A stretch of 64,000 nucleotides of DNA from NCBI GenBank assembly GCA_030695905.1, contig JAUYOL010000036.1, forward strand, positions 54,814 through 118,813. The letters run 5' to 3'. The DNA comes from Candidatus Omnitrophota bacterium (GTDB taxonomy: Bacteria > Omnitrophota > Gorgyraeia > 2-01-FULL-45-10). The translations under genes were made by a program, and so were the position numbers. The notes below the pieces were generated by a model that made no database searches, was not told the origin of the DNA, and saw only the letters and a list, made by a program, of their open reading frames with translations. Shown here one piece after another: positions 46,245 to 56,054 of this stretch (positions are counted from its first letter, which is position 1; every line of letters starts with the position of its first letter).

Positions 46245-47926
46245 CTTGCACTGTATATTACCAGATATGGCCCTGCGGCGCGCCTTGAGAAAAGCTCTCT
46301 TGTGCCCGCGGGCACGCATGTCAACTCTGTCGTATCATATGGAAGCCTGAATTTATCATCTTTATAAGGACTGAATACGGCAACCACCTTTAATATGCCG
46401 TCTGCTTCATCATGCAGCCCCTTTATCGCTTCGGATGGATCCATATTATTGAACACTATATAACCGATGTCGTTTTTCTTTATATCGTCCATCGAATTCT
46501 CTACCATCGGCCATAAATTCAAGAATTGGCCTGGCGCCTCGTTATCGCCCCTTAAATAATATACCCGATATGTCTTGGGGGCTTTACGGCCCTTTATAAG
46601 AAGCTCCAGTTTTCTGCGCTTCAATTCCTTCAGCTCGGGCTGTCCGGAAACTATGCCCTCTTTTTCTATCAGCTGCTCCGTTATCTGTTGCAGCGGAGGG
46701 CTGAAGAAGGTGTGGGCAAGGGCTATGCGCGTACCCGCTTCTATATTCTTTTCTATCCATTCCTTTGCCTCTATGCGCGTATCCTTACTTGTAAAAAGCA
46801 GGTCTGCCTTGATAGACTTGGCCGTTGTCGGTATTATCAGCGCCAATGAGGCCGCGACGATGGCGGCCTTTAATGCCTTCGTTCTTATCTTTTCGTATGA
46901 TCCGAATAGTAAAAAAGATAGGCCTATTGCCAGAAAAGGAATTATCGGCAAGGCGTACCTCGGAAAAGGCTGGCTCTTGAAAACAAGATGTATGTAGAAA
47001 AACGCCGGAAAGGAAAGAAGAAAAACCGCTTTTTTAAAATCTTTCTTCAAAAACCACACTAACCCAGCAACCCCTAAAATAGTAGGAATCACGCCCAGTC
47101 CTTCGAATAATGAATATGTAAGATGGTAACTAAGGCCCCTGTACCCGCCCCTGATCCTGTGTGTCAAGGACTCCAGAAAGAACCTGCTATCCAGGACAGA
47201 GTACGGGTTGCATATGATAAAAGTTGCTATTGCCGCGGCGGCGAATAAAGCAAGGTCGGGGACAGCGGAACTTGCGCGTTCCGGCGCGCGCCGTCTTATA
47301 AAATGAGCGGCCAAAAAAGGCGCCCCAAGCAATACGGCATTATATTTAGTGGCCGTTGCTATCCCTATAAGCACCCCGGCGATAATATAATTCATCCTAC
47401 GCGGATCGCTTATAAGCCTCTCCAACTGAAGATACGCGGCCAATATAAAGAGTGCCAAAAGATTATCGGTATAGGCGTAATGAGCGTTGACGACGTTCAG
47501 GAACGCCAGGGCCATTACGAACGCCGCGTAAATAGCTACTCTGTTTGAAAATAATCTCGCGGCCAGCCTGTAAGTAAGATATATACACAAGATACCTGGT
47601 AATGTCCCCAGGACCACCCTTCCTATGATATAAAATATCGTCGGGTCGTTGAAAAAACTGAGGGCAAAACTTTCCGCTCCTTTGAATATACCGCAGGCGC
47701 TGCCCGCTAAAAAATAAATTATATAACAGCCGAACAAAATATAGGAGGCAATCGGAGGGATTATAAAAAAATGCGGGTTCAGGTCACCGGTACCATAGGC
47801 AAGCGCATGATTAACTATTATCGGCTCGTCCTGGTGGAATTGATACGGAAGGCCAAAATTTAATCCCCAAAGACGGAGAATAGTGCCTATGCCTATGATA
47901 ATCAATAACGGAAAATATTTTTTCAT
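46241..47926 (-). CDS. GT-C membrane glycosyltransferase (ArnT/PMT_2-like, GT83)
   Basis: RLWGLNFGLPYQFHQDEPIIV (DE motif in first periplasmic loop), 11-13 TM helices, C-terminal soluble domain. 561 aa. Confidence 0.65.
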   Translation of the reverse strand: MKKYFPLLIIIGIGTILRLWGLNFGLPYQFHQDEPIIVNHALAYGTGDLNPHFFIIPPIASYILFGCYIIYFLAGSACGIFKGAESFALSFFNDPTIFYIIGRVVLGTLPGILCIYLTYRLAARLFSNRVAIYAAFVMALAFLNVVNAHYAYTDNLLALFILAAYLQLERLISDPRRMNYIIAGVLIGIATATKYNAVLLGAPFLAAHFIRRRAPERASSAVPDLALFAAAAIATFIICNPYSVLDSRFFLESLTHRIRGGYRGLSYHLTYSLFEGLGVIPTILGVAGLVWFLKKDFKKAVFLLSFPAFFYIHLVFKSQPFPRYALPIIPFLAIGLSFLLFGSYEKIRTKALKAAIVAASLALIIPTTAKSIKADLLFTSKDTRIEAKEWIEKNIEAGTRIALAHTFFSPPLQQITEQLIEKEGIVSGQPELKELKRRKLELLIKGRKAPKTYRVYYLRGDNEAPGQFLNLWPMVENSMDDIKKNDIGYIVFNNMDPSEAIKGLHDEADGILKVVAVFSPYKDDKFRLPYDTTELTCVPAGTRELFSRRAAGPYLVIYSAR

Positions 47927-48636
47927 CCGTTCCGTCTCTTAATCTTAAAAAGATCGATAAACATCGCAAGAGAACTATTAATAACCCGTACCTTGCTTTG
48001 TGGCGAGTTCTCCCAGATAATTCCAGTTTCCGCTATACGATAGCCTTTTTTCCCGGCAAGATAAAGCATCTCAACATCGAAACAAAAACCGTTTACTGTA
48101 AGCTCTTTCCCCAGCTCTCTTGCTACATTACCCTTAAAAAGCTTAAAACCACACTGAGTGTCATTGAACCCCTTTATCAACAACATATTGACCAGGAAAT
48201 TAAATATTCTGCCCATCCACTCCCTATAAAAAGGCTGATGAACTTTTACGTCGGCTCCGGCTATGCTGCGCGAACCGATCACTATGTCACACCCCTTTTT
48301 GATATAGCTAAAAAGCTTATCGGCCTCTTCGATTGGCGTGGATAGATCGGCGTCGCTGAAAAGTATATATTCTCCGGAACTGTTCAGAATACCGTTCTTT
48401 ACGGAAAACCCCTTACCTTTATTTGTGCCGTTATTGATTATCTTTAATTTGGCGATCTTGGCGAGTTCGCTATCCTGCGCCCGAATAACGGTATTATCGC
48501 TGCTTCCATCATCTACAAGGATAACTTCCCAGTCGTAATCTTTTGTTCTCAAAAATTCATAGACCTTAGAAAGAGTCGGCCCTATCCTGCCCTCTTCGTT
48601 ATAAGCCGGTATTATTACCGATAAATAAACAGACAT
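47923..48636 (-). CDS. GT2 polyprenyl-phosphate glycosyltransferase (DPM1/ArnC-like)
   Basis: LSVIIPAYNEEGRIGPTL...VILVDDGSSDNT...DADLSTP (DxD). 237 aa. Confidence 0.8.
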   Translation of the reverse strand: MSVYLSVIIPAYNEEGRIGPTLSKVYEFLRTKDYDWEVILVDDGSSDNTVIRAQDSELAKIAKLKIINNGTNKGKGFSVKNGILNSSGEYILFSDADLSTPIEEADKLFSYIKKGCDIVIGSRSIAGADVKVHQPFYREWMGRIFNFLVNMLLIKGFNDTQCGFKLFKGNVARELGKELTVNGFCFDVEMLYLAGKKGYRIAETGIIWENSPQSKVRVINSSLAMFIDLFKIKRRNG

Positions 48637-48638
48637 TC

Positions 48639-50012
48639 TTATTTCCTGTCCTTAAATGTTATTTTGTAAAACAATGTTCTTTCTGACTCATAAATAGGCT
48701 CGTAATCGAAATTATATTCTTCTTTTTTCTCCTTAAATATGTCCGGCAGTATTATACAATAAATCTCCTTTTTGCCCTGTGATATAAGAGACTGATATAC
48801 GCTTTTGTCCAACTCCCTGGTGAAGTCATAATAAAATATTTCAGAATCGTTTCCGCTGATCATATATATATCATTCCCGGCTTTATGCAGCTCCATGCCC
48901 AGCGCTGAAACTTTTTTTATATCAGGAGTATATTCCAGCTTAAATGCCCACGATAGCGGGATCTGGGCCAACATCCCTGCAAGGATGACAATAAGCGCTA
49001 CATATAGCAGCTTCTTTGTTAAAAATCTCTTCAGTAAAAAAGCGGACAGTAACGCAAGGGCCGGATATATAGGCATTATATACCATTGCAACTTAGTCCT
49101 TACCGCGCTGTACAGAAATAACGTAACAAGCACCCAGCTTAATAAAAATACCAGCCTTTTGTCCCTGTCTTTAAAACATCCATAAGCCGCGTAAAAAACA
49201 GACGCAAATATCATTATCGACCACGGCATGTTTTTCTTAAAGATTACCCTTATATAGTAATCAAGCCCTCCTTTGTGGCCTTCGAGCACGGAAGTCGCCC
49301 TCTGAAATATATGAAAACCAAAATATCCCTTTAGGGCAGCGGGCCCTGTCAGTAGAAATTGCGCCAGGTGCCATATAAAAATAACTGAAAAAGCGACCGC
49401 TGTGCCAAGCAGGAACTGCCGCCTGAGTACCAGGCGAATATCTTTAGACAATACGGCATAAACAATAATCACCAATAAAGGTAAAAATGCCGCGAAGCCT
49501 TTCAGCAAATACGAAACACAGAGTATCGCCCCGGAATAAAACAGATACTTTTCCTTCTGGGCTCCCAGCCAAAAAAGATAAAGTGTCAGCAGGGTAAAGA
49601 AAGCCACCGGCACATCCATCATCCCCATCTTGGAAAAATGGATATAATGAGGGAATGCCAGAAGTATAAGGGCCGATAAAAGCCCCGTCATTTTATCCGC
49701 GAGCTTCTTCCCGAAAAGATACAGTAGTAAAACAGATGCTACGCCCAAAATGCCGGAGGTCAACCTCGTGGAAAATTCACTCACTCCGAATATCTTATAA
49801 AAAACAGCCGTGCACCACATGTATAGAGGCGGCTTGTCAAACCACAGCTTTTCACCCTGGCGCATTACCAGCCAATCGCCTGTCTTGACGATATTCCTCG
49901 ATATGTTGGCATAAATCGCTTCATCAAATGTTGAAAGGCTCCCCGTGCCTATGTTGCCCAGAATATAAACAGAGGCAAATATAAGAAGCAGCCAGAATAT
50001 ATTGTCTTTCAT
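48639..50012 (-). CDS. GT-C membrane glycosyltransferase (ArnT/PMT_2-like, GT83)
   Basis: SLSTFDEAIYANISRN...WFDKPPLYMW N-terminal motifs shared with ArnT-type 4-amino-arabinose/mannose transferases. 457 aa. Confidence 0.65.
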   Translation of the reverse strand: MKDNIFWLLLIFASVYILGNIGTGSLSTFDEAIYANISRNIVKTGDWLVMRQGEKLWFDKPPLYMWCTAVFYKIFGVSEFSTRLTSGILGVASVLLLYLFGKKLADKMTGLLSALILLAFPHYIHFSKMGMMDVPVAFFTLLTLYLFWLGAQKEKYLFYSGAILCVSYLLKGFAAFLPLLVIIVYAVLSKDIRLVLRRQFLLGTAVAFSVIFIWHLAQFLLTGPAALKGYFGFHIFQRATSVLEGHKGGLDYYIRVIFKKNMPWSIMIFASVFYAAYGCFKDRDKRLVFLLSWVLVTLFLYSAVRTKLQWYIMPIYPALALLSAFLLKRFLTKKLLYVALIVILAGMLAQIPLSWAFKLEYTPDIKKVSALGMELHKAGNDIYMISGNDSEIFYYDFTRELDKSVYQSLISQGKKEIYCIILPDIFKEKKEEYNFDYEPIYESERTLFYKITFKDRK

Positions 50013-50019
50013 AATAGTC

Positions 50020-51423
50020 TCACGTATTTTTATACCCGGTCTCCTTTGCCGTATTTTTGCAGCGCAGGAGTATGAAAGAATATACGATCAGCATCGGCAC
50101 GGCCAACACACACATGCGTTTCCAAAAGGTCATTATCAGAAAATAGGACAGAAGAAAAACGAGCTGAAATTTTAAGCGTATATTGCTTAAGAAAATAAAG
50201 GGAATAACCCATAGCAGATACCATGCCTGAAATGGCGTAGAATTAGTGAAGAGGAGCGCAAGCAATATCAATGCGGCTGCTGTAAATAATGAACCCCTGT
50301 TCTTTTGGGCATTCCTTACGAGGTAGCCCAGTATGCAAAAGTATGCTATGGCAAACAGGGTAAGGAAAACATTCGCGAGTAGATTTTTCGAAATTGCAAT
50401 ACCCGCCTTGTCCGAAATAAAATATATCGCGGATGGAATGGAATCGACCCAGAAATTTTTGCTTAATTCGGTATAGTAATAAATAATCGCCTTAACGCTC
50501 TCCCGGCCGAAAGGAAGCCATGCAACTACCGTGGTAAATATAAATATCGCGCCCCCTATTATAACGCCATAAACCCTTTCCCTGACGCTATGCGTCTTTT
50601 TGGCATATAGGATAAATACGGGAATGAACAATACGTAAACAAATTTAACGGCTATGGCAAGCGCAAGAAACGCGTATGAAAGCACATGTTTCGATTTTAG
50701 CAGAAAATAAAAAGCGCAAAGTATAAAGAAAACCATGACAATCTCATTATGGCCGTCTATCAGCGTCATTACTATGACCAAGGGATTTAACAATAAAGCT
50801 AAAGTTGTAGCTCCTGCATCCTCGGGAATATTATCTTTACACAATTTGTAAAAAACAGATGGGGTCATGCCTAAAAAAGCCAGGAGCACCAGCTTGTGCA
50901 TGAATGAGGTCAGAGCTACATTGTTTTTAAAAAATAACGTATGAACTGCCCCTATCGCCACCCATAGCGGCCCATAACACTCTGGTGTGCTTTTCCAGAA
51001 TATCAGAGGAAAGAAGATATCATTCTTTATCTCCATTGGCACATGAAGATATGGATTTAACTTATAGATACTGAGCATGCGCCCTCTTACGGAATATTCG
51101 AACAAGTCGTGAGACAAGAGGGCCGAAGAATTGCAGAGTATCAAAAATATAATTATCGTGCTTGCCCAGAAATATAAAGACAGATTACCGGATTTAAAAA
51201 CCGATATCCCGGATTTTTTATAAAAATAAATGCATAGATAATACGCAAGAAAGGTTATTGAGAATACCCCTATGATATAAAACCGCAAGAATCTATCCAT
51301 GGGAGGAAGGAATTTTTCATGGATTAGGGGATATATGCGCGGGATATGATATATTACGATCAGCGATAAAAGAAATATGAGGTGTGAAAGTATAAAATTT
51401 ATTTTATCGCGTTCTGGACGCAT
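50020..51423 (-). CDS. Polytopic membrane protein, putative GT-C-type glycosyltransferase or glycan polymerase (DUF2029/GT87-like)
   Basis: 467 aa, about 12 TM helices, ...LLNPLVIVMTLIDGHNEIVMVFF... loop. Family assignment uncertain. Confidence 0.35.
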   Translation of the reverse strand: MRPERDKINFILSHLIFLLSLIVIYHIPRIYPLIHEKFLPPMDRFLRFYIIGVFSITFLAYYLCIYFYKKSGISVFKSGNLSLYFWASTIIIFLILCNSSALLSHDLFEYSVRGRMLSIYKLNPYLHVPMEIKNDIFFPLIFWKSTPECYGPLWVAIGAVHTLFFKNNVALTSFMHKLVLLAFLGMTPSVFYKLCKDNIPEDAGATTLALLLNPLVIVMTLIDGHNEIVMVFFILCAFYFLLKSKHVLSYAFLALAIAVKFVYVLFIPVFILYAKKTHSVRERVYGVIIGGAIFIFTTVVAWLPFGRESVKAIIYYYTELSKNFWVDSIPSAIYFISDKAGIAISKNLLANVFLTLFAIAYFCILGYLVRNAQKNRGSLFTAAALILLALLFTNSTPFQAWYLLWVIPFIFLSNIRLKFQLVFLLSYFLIMTFWKRMCVLAVPMLIVYSFILLRCKNTAKETGYKNT

Positions 51424-52534
51424 GTCTCCTCTGTATCTTTCTTATTGCCTCGCAGATAAATAAAATATTCTTATCTTTGAGCGCAAGCCCGGTAGGAAGA
51501 TAAAGGCCGTGGTCTGAAATATAGTCGGAAACGGGGTATCTCTTCTTTTTATCTACGAGCCCCAGCTTTTGTATTACCGGCTGCCTGTGCATGGGAATGA
51601 AAAAAGAACGTGTTTCGATCCCCTCTTTTAGAAGTTCGGTCCTGAACCTGTCCCTCGTCAGGCCAAAATCCTCTTCGACCAAAACTGAATACATCCAGTA
51701 CACGCTTTTTGCCCATTTCTCTTCTAACGGCAATCTCAAGCCTTCGACATCTTTAAGGTTTTCATAATATAATCCGGCTATGCGCCTTTTCCTGGCTATA
51801 AGACTATTCGCATTTTCTATCTGGGCAAGGCCTATTGCCGCCTGCATGTTTGTCATCCTGTAGTTATACGCCAACTCCGTATGCAGGAAACGCTGACCCG
51901 GAGAATGGGAAAGGTCTTTAAGCAGGCGCGCTCGTTCTGCCAGTTTTCTATTATTAGTAACGACCATCCCGCCCTCGCCCGTTGTGATAATCTTATTCGC
52001 GTAGAATGAAAAAGAATTGATATCTCCCATGGAGCCACATAGCTTATTCTTATATCTTGCGCCGTGCGCCTCGGCGGCATCCTCAACTATAAAAATGCCG
52101 TATTTTTTTGAAAGCTTGATAATAGGATCCATATTAACGGGGTGCCCGTATATATGTACAGGCAGCAATACCCTGGTTTTTGAGTTCACCGCTTCCTCGA
52201 TATCGGAGACATCCATATTCCATGTCCTGTCTTCACTATCAATAAATACAGGCTTTGCCCCCAGATACAGGACAGCGTAAGCGGTCGCGATCATAGTAAA
52301 GGTCGGCATAATGACTTCGTCGCCCTTCTTAATGCCCAGGCAGGCAAGGGCAAGATGAAGCGCCGCTGTCCCGTTTGTCGTAGAAATACCGTATCGGACA
52401 CCGCAAAATTTGGCAAACTCCTCTTCAAAACTTTTTATATACTTACCTTTTGAGGATATCCAACCGGACTTCACGCAATCAGTTATATATTGAAGCTCTT
52501 TCTTACCCATTAAAGGCTCGTTTACGGGGATCAT
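51404..52534 (-). CDS. PLP-dependent sugar aminotransferase, DegT/ArnB/Per family
   Basis: SFSFYANKIITTGEGG (PLP-Lys present); LRDLSHSPG hmm-like RxHG region; N-terminal ...GWISSKGKYIKSFEEEFA... typical DegT. 376 aa. Confidence 0.8.
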   Translation of the reverse strand: MIPVNEPLMGKKELQYITDCVKSGWISSKGKYIKSFEEEFAKFCGVRYGISTTNGTAALHLALACLGIKKGDEVIMPTFTMIATAYAVLYLGAKPVFIDSEDRTWNMDVSDIEEAVNSKTRVLLPVHIYGHPVNMDPIIKLSKKYGIFIVEDAAEAHGARYKNKLCGSMGDINSFSFYANKIITTGEGGMVVTNNRKLAERARLLKDLSHSPGQRFLHTELAYNYRMTNMQAAIGLAQIENANSLIARKRRIAGLYYENLKDVEGLRLPLEEKWAKSVYWMYSVLVEEDFGLTRDRFRTELLKEGIETRSFFIPMHRQPVIQKLGLVDKKKRYPVSDYISDHGLYLPTGLALKDKNILFICEAIRKIQRRHASRTR

Positions 52535-52947
52535 CGACCATTCTTTTCTTTGAAGTATTCCTTATCGTCCACGCCGGCATAAGGCCCTTGTTTAATTTCC
52601 AGCATCAAGCTATCTTTCAATACTTCTACGCCATGGCCTCCGCTTGCCAGAAGTATAGTATCGCCTTTCTTTAGTATGCGGGTTCCGAGGCATCTTTCTT
52701 TCTCATCATATAAATAAACCGCCACCTTGCCTTTTTTAACATGCAGGACTTCCTGGGTTCTCTCTATCCTCCTTTTTACCAGTTTATGGACATGGGGTTT
52801 TACCTGCGCCCCCTTCCGATGCCTTAAGAGGCCCACCTGCTGGGAAAACTCCGGTGGAGTAAAAAATGTAGCGCCTTTTGTATCTATGCGGCTTGGCAGG
52901 ATTATAGCTATCAGACTGCCCCTTTTTGATTTTATATATTCAACCAT
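52531..52947 (-). CDS. Small cupin-fold protein, sugar 3,4-ketoisomerase (FdtA/QdtA/WxcM-C)-like
   Basis: 138 aa with two His-containing strands (KPHVHK..., VLHVKKGKV), right size and pattern for FdtA-type NDP-4-keto-6-deoxyhexose 3,4-isomerases. Translationally coupled to the upstream DegT. Confidence 0.45.
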   Translation of the reverse strand: MVEYIKSKRGSLIAIILPSRIDTKGATFFTPPEFSQQVGLLRHRKGAQVKPHVHKLVKRRIERTQEVLHVKKGKVAVYLYDEKERCLGTRILKKGDTILLASGGHGVEVLKDSLMLEIKQGPYAGVDDKEYFKEKNGR

Positions 52948-52965
52948 GATTAGGATCTCCTTGAA

Positions 52966-53664
52966 TTATTTTGGCCCGGCGAATCTTATACAGACTATTC
53001 GTTTTAAATAGCCGAATCCCAGCGAAAAAAATCCTGAAAGACTGGCGGTGGTTTTAGACGTTCCTTTTTTTCTATCCTGGAAAACATAAGGAATCTCCTT
53101 TATTCTAAAGCCGGCTTTCTTGCATTTAAAAACAAACTCTATAAAATAATCCCCATAACCCTTTTTTGACGGGAACGGGACTTTTTGCAATACATTTTTT
53201 TTAAAAACAATAAAGCCGCTATCGTAATCTTTTATGTCAAATCCCAGCAGGGCCTGGGCAAACCAATTTATGATCCTGCTCGTGATTACCCTGAAAAGAG
53301 ATCTGGCGTCTTTACCGCCGCGGACATACCGTGACCCTATTACAATATCAAACCGGTCGAGACTCTTCAGCATTTCCGGCAGCGCGGATGGCGGCATGCT
53401 CATATCGGCATCCATCCAGCCCACTATATCTCCTTCGGATTCTTTTAGGCCCCTATCGATGGCGGAGGGCAGGCCTCTTTCGTTGCGTCGTATAACCTTT
53501 ACCCCGGGCCTCTTACACTCCTGGACGATTTTCCATGTCATATCAGGAGAATCATCATCTACAACAACCACTTCGAGAGGCCCCTTAATACTGCCGAATA
53601 ACGCATTGATGAGAGTTATTATGTTTTCACTTTCATTGTAGGTCGGCAATATTATGGAGACCAT
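52966..53664 (-). CDS. GT2 polyprenyl-phosphate glycosyltransferase (DPM1/ArnC-like)
   Basis: VSIILPTYNESENI...VVVVDDDSPDMT...DADMSMPP (DxD). 232 aa. Confidence 0.8.
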   Translation of the reverse strand: MVSIILPTYNESENIITLINALFGSIKGPLEVVVVDDDSPDMTWKIVQECKRPGVKVIRRNERGLPSAIDRGLKESEGDIVGWMDADMSMPPSALPEMLKSLDRFDIVIGSRYVRGGKDARSLFRVITSRIINWFAQALLGFDIKDYDSGFIVFKKNVLQKVPFPSKKGYGDYFIEFVFKCKKAGFRIKEIPYVFQDRKKGTSKTTASLSGFFSLGFGYLKRIVCIRFAGPK

Positions 53665-53667
53665 GCC

Positions 53668-54663
53668 TTATACTATTCCCCGTTTACTTTTTAACCGCTT
53701 CAAATCCGCATCCACCATCATCCTGACCAGGTCCGAAAATTTGACCGCGGGCTTCCACCCTAATTTTCTCCTTGCCTTACTATAATCTCCCTCAAGGATA
53801 TTCACCTCGGCTGGCCTGTATAGCTCCCTGTCTATAACCACGTATTTTCTCCAGTCAAGCTTTAAATGATCGAACGCAAGTTCCGCAAATTCTCTGACCG
53901 AATGCGTTTCGCCTGTCGCGATAACATAATCATCGGCTTTATCGTTCTGCAGCATGAGCCACATGGCTTTTACATAATCGCCCGCAAAGCCCCAGTCCCT
54001 CTTGGCTTCAAGGTTCCCCAACGGCAGTTTTTTAGATAAACCCAGCTTTATCTCTGCTACAGCATAAGAGATCTTTCTTGAAACAAACTCAAAACCTCTG
54101 GTAGGGCTTTCATGGTTAAAACATATACCGTTGCAGGCGAACAGGCCATAGGCCTCGCGGTAATTCCTGGTCAGTTCAAATCCGGCGAGTTTGGAAATAC
54201 CATACGGAGAACGCGGATGAAAAGGCGTAGACTCGCTTTGCGGCGTTTTCTTCACGCTGCCGAACATCTCGCTTGATGCGGCGAAGTAGAATTTGCATTT
54301 AGGCGCTTTTTGCTTTATGGCCGACAGCACGTAATGGGTGCCGTTTATATTGGTATTTATAGTGGAGAATTCGTCTTCGAAAGAATAACTCACAAACGTC
54401 TGCGCGGCCAGATGATAGCATTCGTGCGGCCGTATTTTTTCTATTATGTTAAATAGGCTTGCATAACTTTCGAGCGAAGCCGCGTGTATCTTGATCTTGC
54501 CCAAAAGGTGCCTTACCCTCCACAGCCTGTGCTCGGGATCTTCCAGCGCAACGCGCCTGACCAGTCCGTGGACCTCATAGCCTTTTTTTAATAAAAATTC
54601 TGCCATGTACGAACCGTCCTGGCCGGTTATTCCTGTTATAATGGCTCTCTTCATACTTTCCAC
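53668..54663 (-). CDS. gmd: GDP-mannose (GDP-hexose/heptose) 4,6-dehydratase
   Basis: AIITGITGQDGSYMAEFLLKKGYEVHG; FYFAASSEMFG; SPYGISK; FNHESPTRGFEFVSRKI. Near-identical motif set to E. coli Gmd. Confidence 0.9.
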   Translation of the reverse strand: MESMKRAIITGITGQDGSYMAEFLLKKGYEVHGLVRRVALEDPEHRLWRVRHLLGKIKIHAASLESYASLFNIIEKIRPHECYHLAAQTFVSYSFEDEFSTINTNINGTHYVLSAIKQKAPKCKFYFAASSEMFGSVKKTPQSESTPFHPRSPYGISKLAGFELTRNYREAYGLFACNGICFNHESPTRGFEFVSRKISYAVAEIKLGLSKKLPLGNLEAKRDWGFAGDYVKAMWLMLQNDKADDYVIATGETHSVREFAELAFDHLKLDWRKYVVIDRELYRPAEVNILEGDYSKARRKLGWKPAVKFSDLVRMMVDADLKRLKSKRGIV

Positions 54664-54709
54664 CTTCCTTTTATAGCCTACTATTATATCATTATAGGCG
54701 GGTGTATTT
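54664..54709 (-). promoter_or_regulatory. Candidate internal sigma70-like promoter/RBS upstream of gmd
   Basis: Minus-strand reading ...CCTATAATGATATAATAGTAGGCTATAAAAGGAAGGTGGAAAGT-ATG: two TATAAT-like hexamers and a purine-rich SD immediately 5' of the gmd start. One of the few non-overlapping gene junctions in the window. Confidence 0.25.
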
Positions 54710-56044
54710 CTACGGATTATTTTGTTTTAAAGGATTTTGAGGGGATTGAGGAGCGTGGGGGGTGTATTTGGGTTGTAACTTGTACTGATAATTCTGTACG
54801 TCGCCGGACCAGTCCAGCTGGCATAGTGATTCGAGCAGTTTTTCTCTCATTTTTTTGACATCTGCCCTCTTCATATTCTCGGTTTCAACTGTGAGCCCTC
54901 CCTCCTGGTATCCCGCTATATTGAAGTACTGCTCATAGTTCTTCTCAAAATAAATTATACCATAGTTCTGCGGATTGTTCCAAACATCACAACCCGGAAA
55001 AGGAACAAAGTTAAAAAGCGTGTATTGATGAGGGCGGCACTCCAGCATAAGATCGGCGGTATCCTGTATCGTCTGATATGTCTCTCCTGGAAAACCGACT
55101 ATAAGAAAAACCTTAACTATAAGCCCGGCCGCCTTGGCGTTTTTAATCGCTTTTTTTATCTGCTCTACCGTTGTATGCTTCTTCATCTTGCGCAGCAATT
55201 CCTGAGAACCGGTCTCTACACCAAAGGCAATGTTCCTGCAGCCTGCCGCGTAAAGGTCTTCATAGACCTCCGGGTCATTCACCCTTACAGTGCCGTTCGC
55301 GCGAAAGCGTATGTCCAACTGCTTAAACCGTTTGGACATCTCTCTTACCCTGACCCTGTCCAAGGTCATCGTATCGTCATAAAAAATAAAATTCCTGACA
55401 CCGTATTTTGATTTTATCAATGACAGCTCATTAATAACATTATCGAGATGCCGGAACCTGATCTTTTTACCAAACATGAAATTACAGCAAAATGCACATG
55501 TATTGGGACAACCCCTGCTGGTAACAAAACTTAGGCTTAGCTGGCCATCTACCTTTCTGTTATATGAGTGTATGTCTATTAATCCAAGATCCGGACATGG
55601 TAATTCGTCTAAATTTGAAATAAGCGGGCACCTGATGATCCTGGATTCCGGCGGCTTGCCGCTAGCCAGGTTCGTTACTAAATCGCGCAGGGCATACTCC
55701 CCTTCGCCAATGACTACATAATCAAAATCTTTAAGGGTTTCTTCAGGCAAAGCGGAAGGATGCGCTCCCCCCGCAACACTTATGGCTCCGGGATTATTCT
55801 GCTTGGCAAGTTTTAACATTTCTTTACATATATAATATGAGGGAGTGTATATCGTGAAGCCATATACGTCTGCCCAGCCAATTAGATCGGCCCAGCGTTT
55901 CATCGGTATGGACGATAAATCGAGAACCCTGGTTTCATACCCTGCCTTGCGCAGCACAGTGGCTAAGTACAACTGTCCAAGCGGGATATCCAGCCTGTCA
56001 TCAAGCGAATTGGGTTGAGGCGGATGTATAAGACAGACCTTCAT
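54710..56044 (-). CDS. Cobalamin (B12)-binding radical SAM enzyme (class B)
   Basis: MKVCLIHPP...B12-binding Rossmann region. VTSRGCPNTCAFCCN radical-SAM motif. 444 aa. Confidence 0.8.
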   Translation of the reverse strand: MKVCLIHPPQPNSLDDRLDIPLGQLYLATVLRKAGYETRVLDLSSIPMKRWADLIGWADVYGFTIYTPSYYICKEMLKLAKQNNPGAISVAGGAHPSALPEETLKDFDYVVIGEGEYALRDLVTNLASGKPPESRIIRCPLISNLDELPCPDLGLIDIHSYNRKVDGQLSLSFVTSRGCPNTCAFCCNFMFGKKIRFRHLDNVINELSLIKSKYGVRNFIFYDDTMTLDRVRVREMSKRFKQLDIRFRANGTVRVNDPEVYEDLYAAGCRNIAFGVETGSQELLRKMKKHTTVEQIKKAIKNAKAAGLIVKVFLIVGFPGETYQTIQDTADLMLECRPHQYTLFNFVPFPGCDVWNNPQNYGIIYFEKNYEQYFNIAGYQEGGLTVETENMKRADVKKMREKLLESLCQLDWSGDVQNYQYKLQPKYTPHAPQSPQNPLKQNNP

Positions 56045-56054
56045 GCGATATTCC

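Noticed and set aside
46241-46319. Arg-rich 25-aa N-terminal extension (MRARGHKRAFLKARRRAISGNIQCK) of the YfhO-like ORF, overlapping the upstream gene by 79 nt
   Set aside because: An internal Met at 46244 abuts the upstream stop codon and begins directly at the first TM helix. The extension is more likely an ORF-caller artefact, though neither start has a strong RBS, so this stays uncertain.
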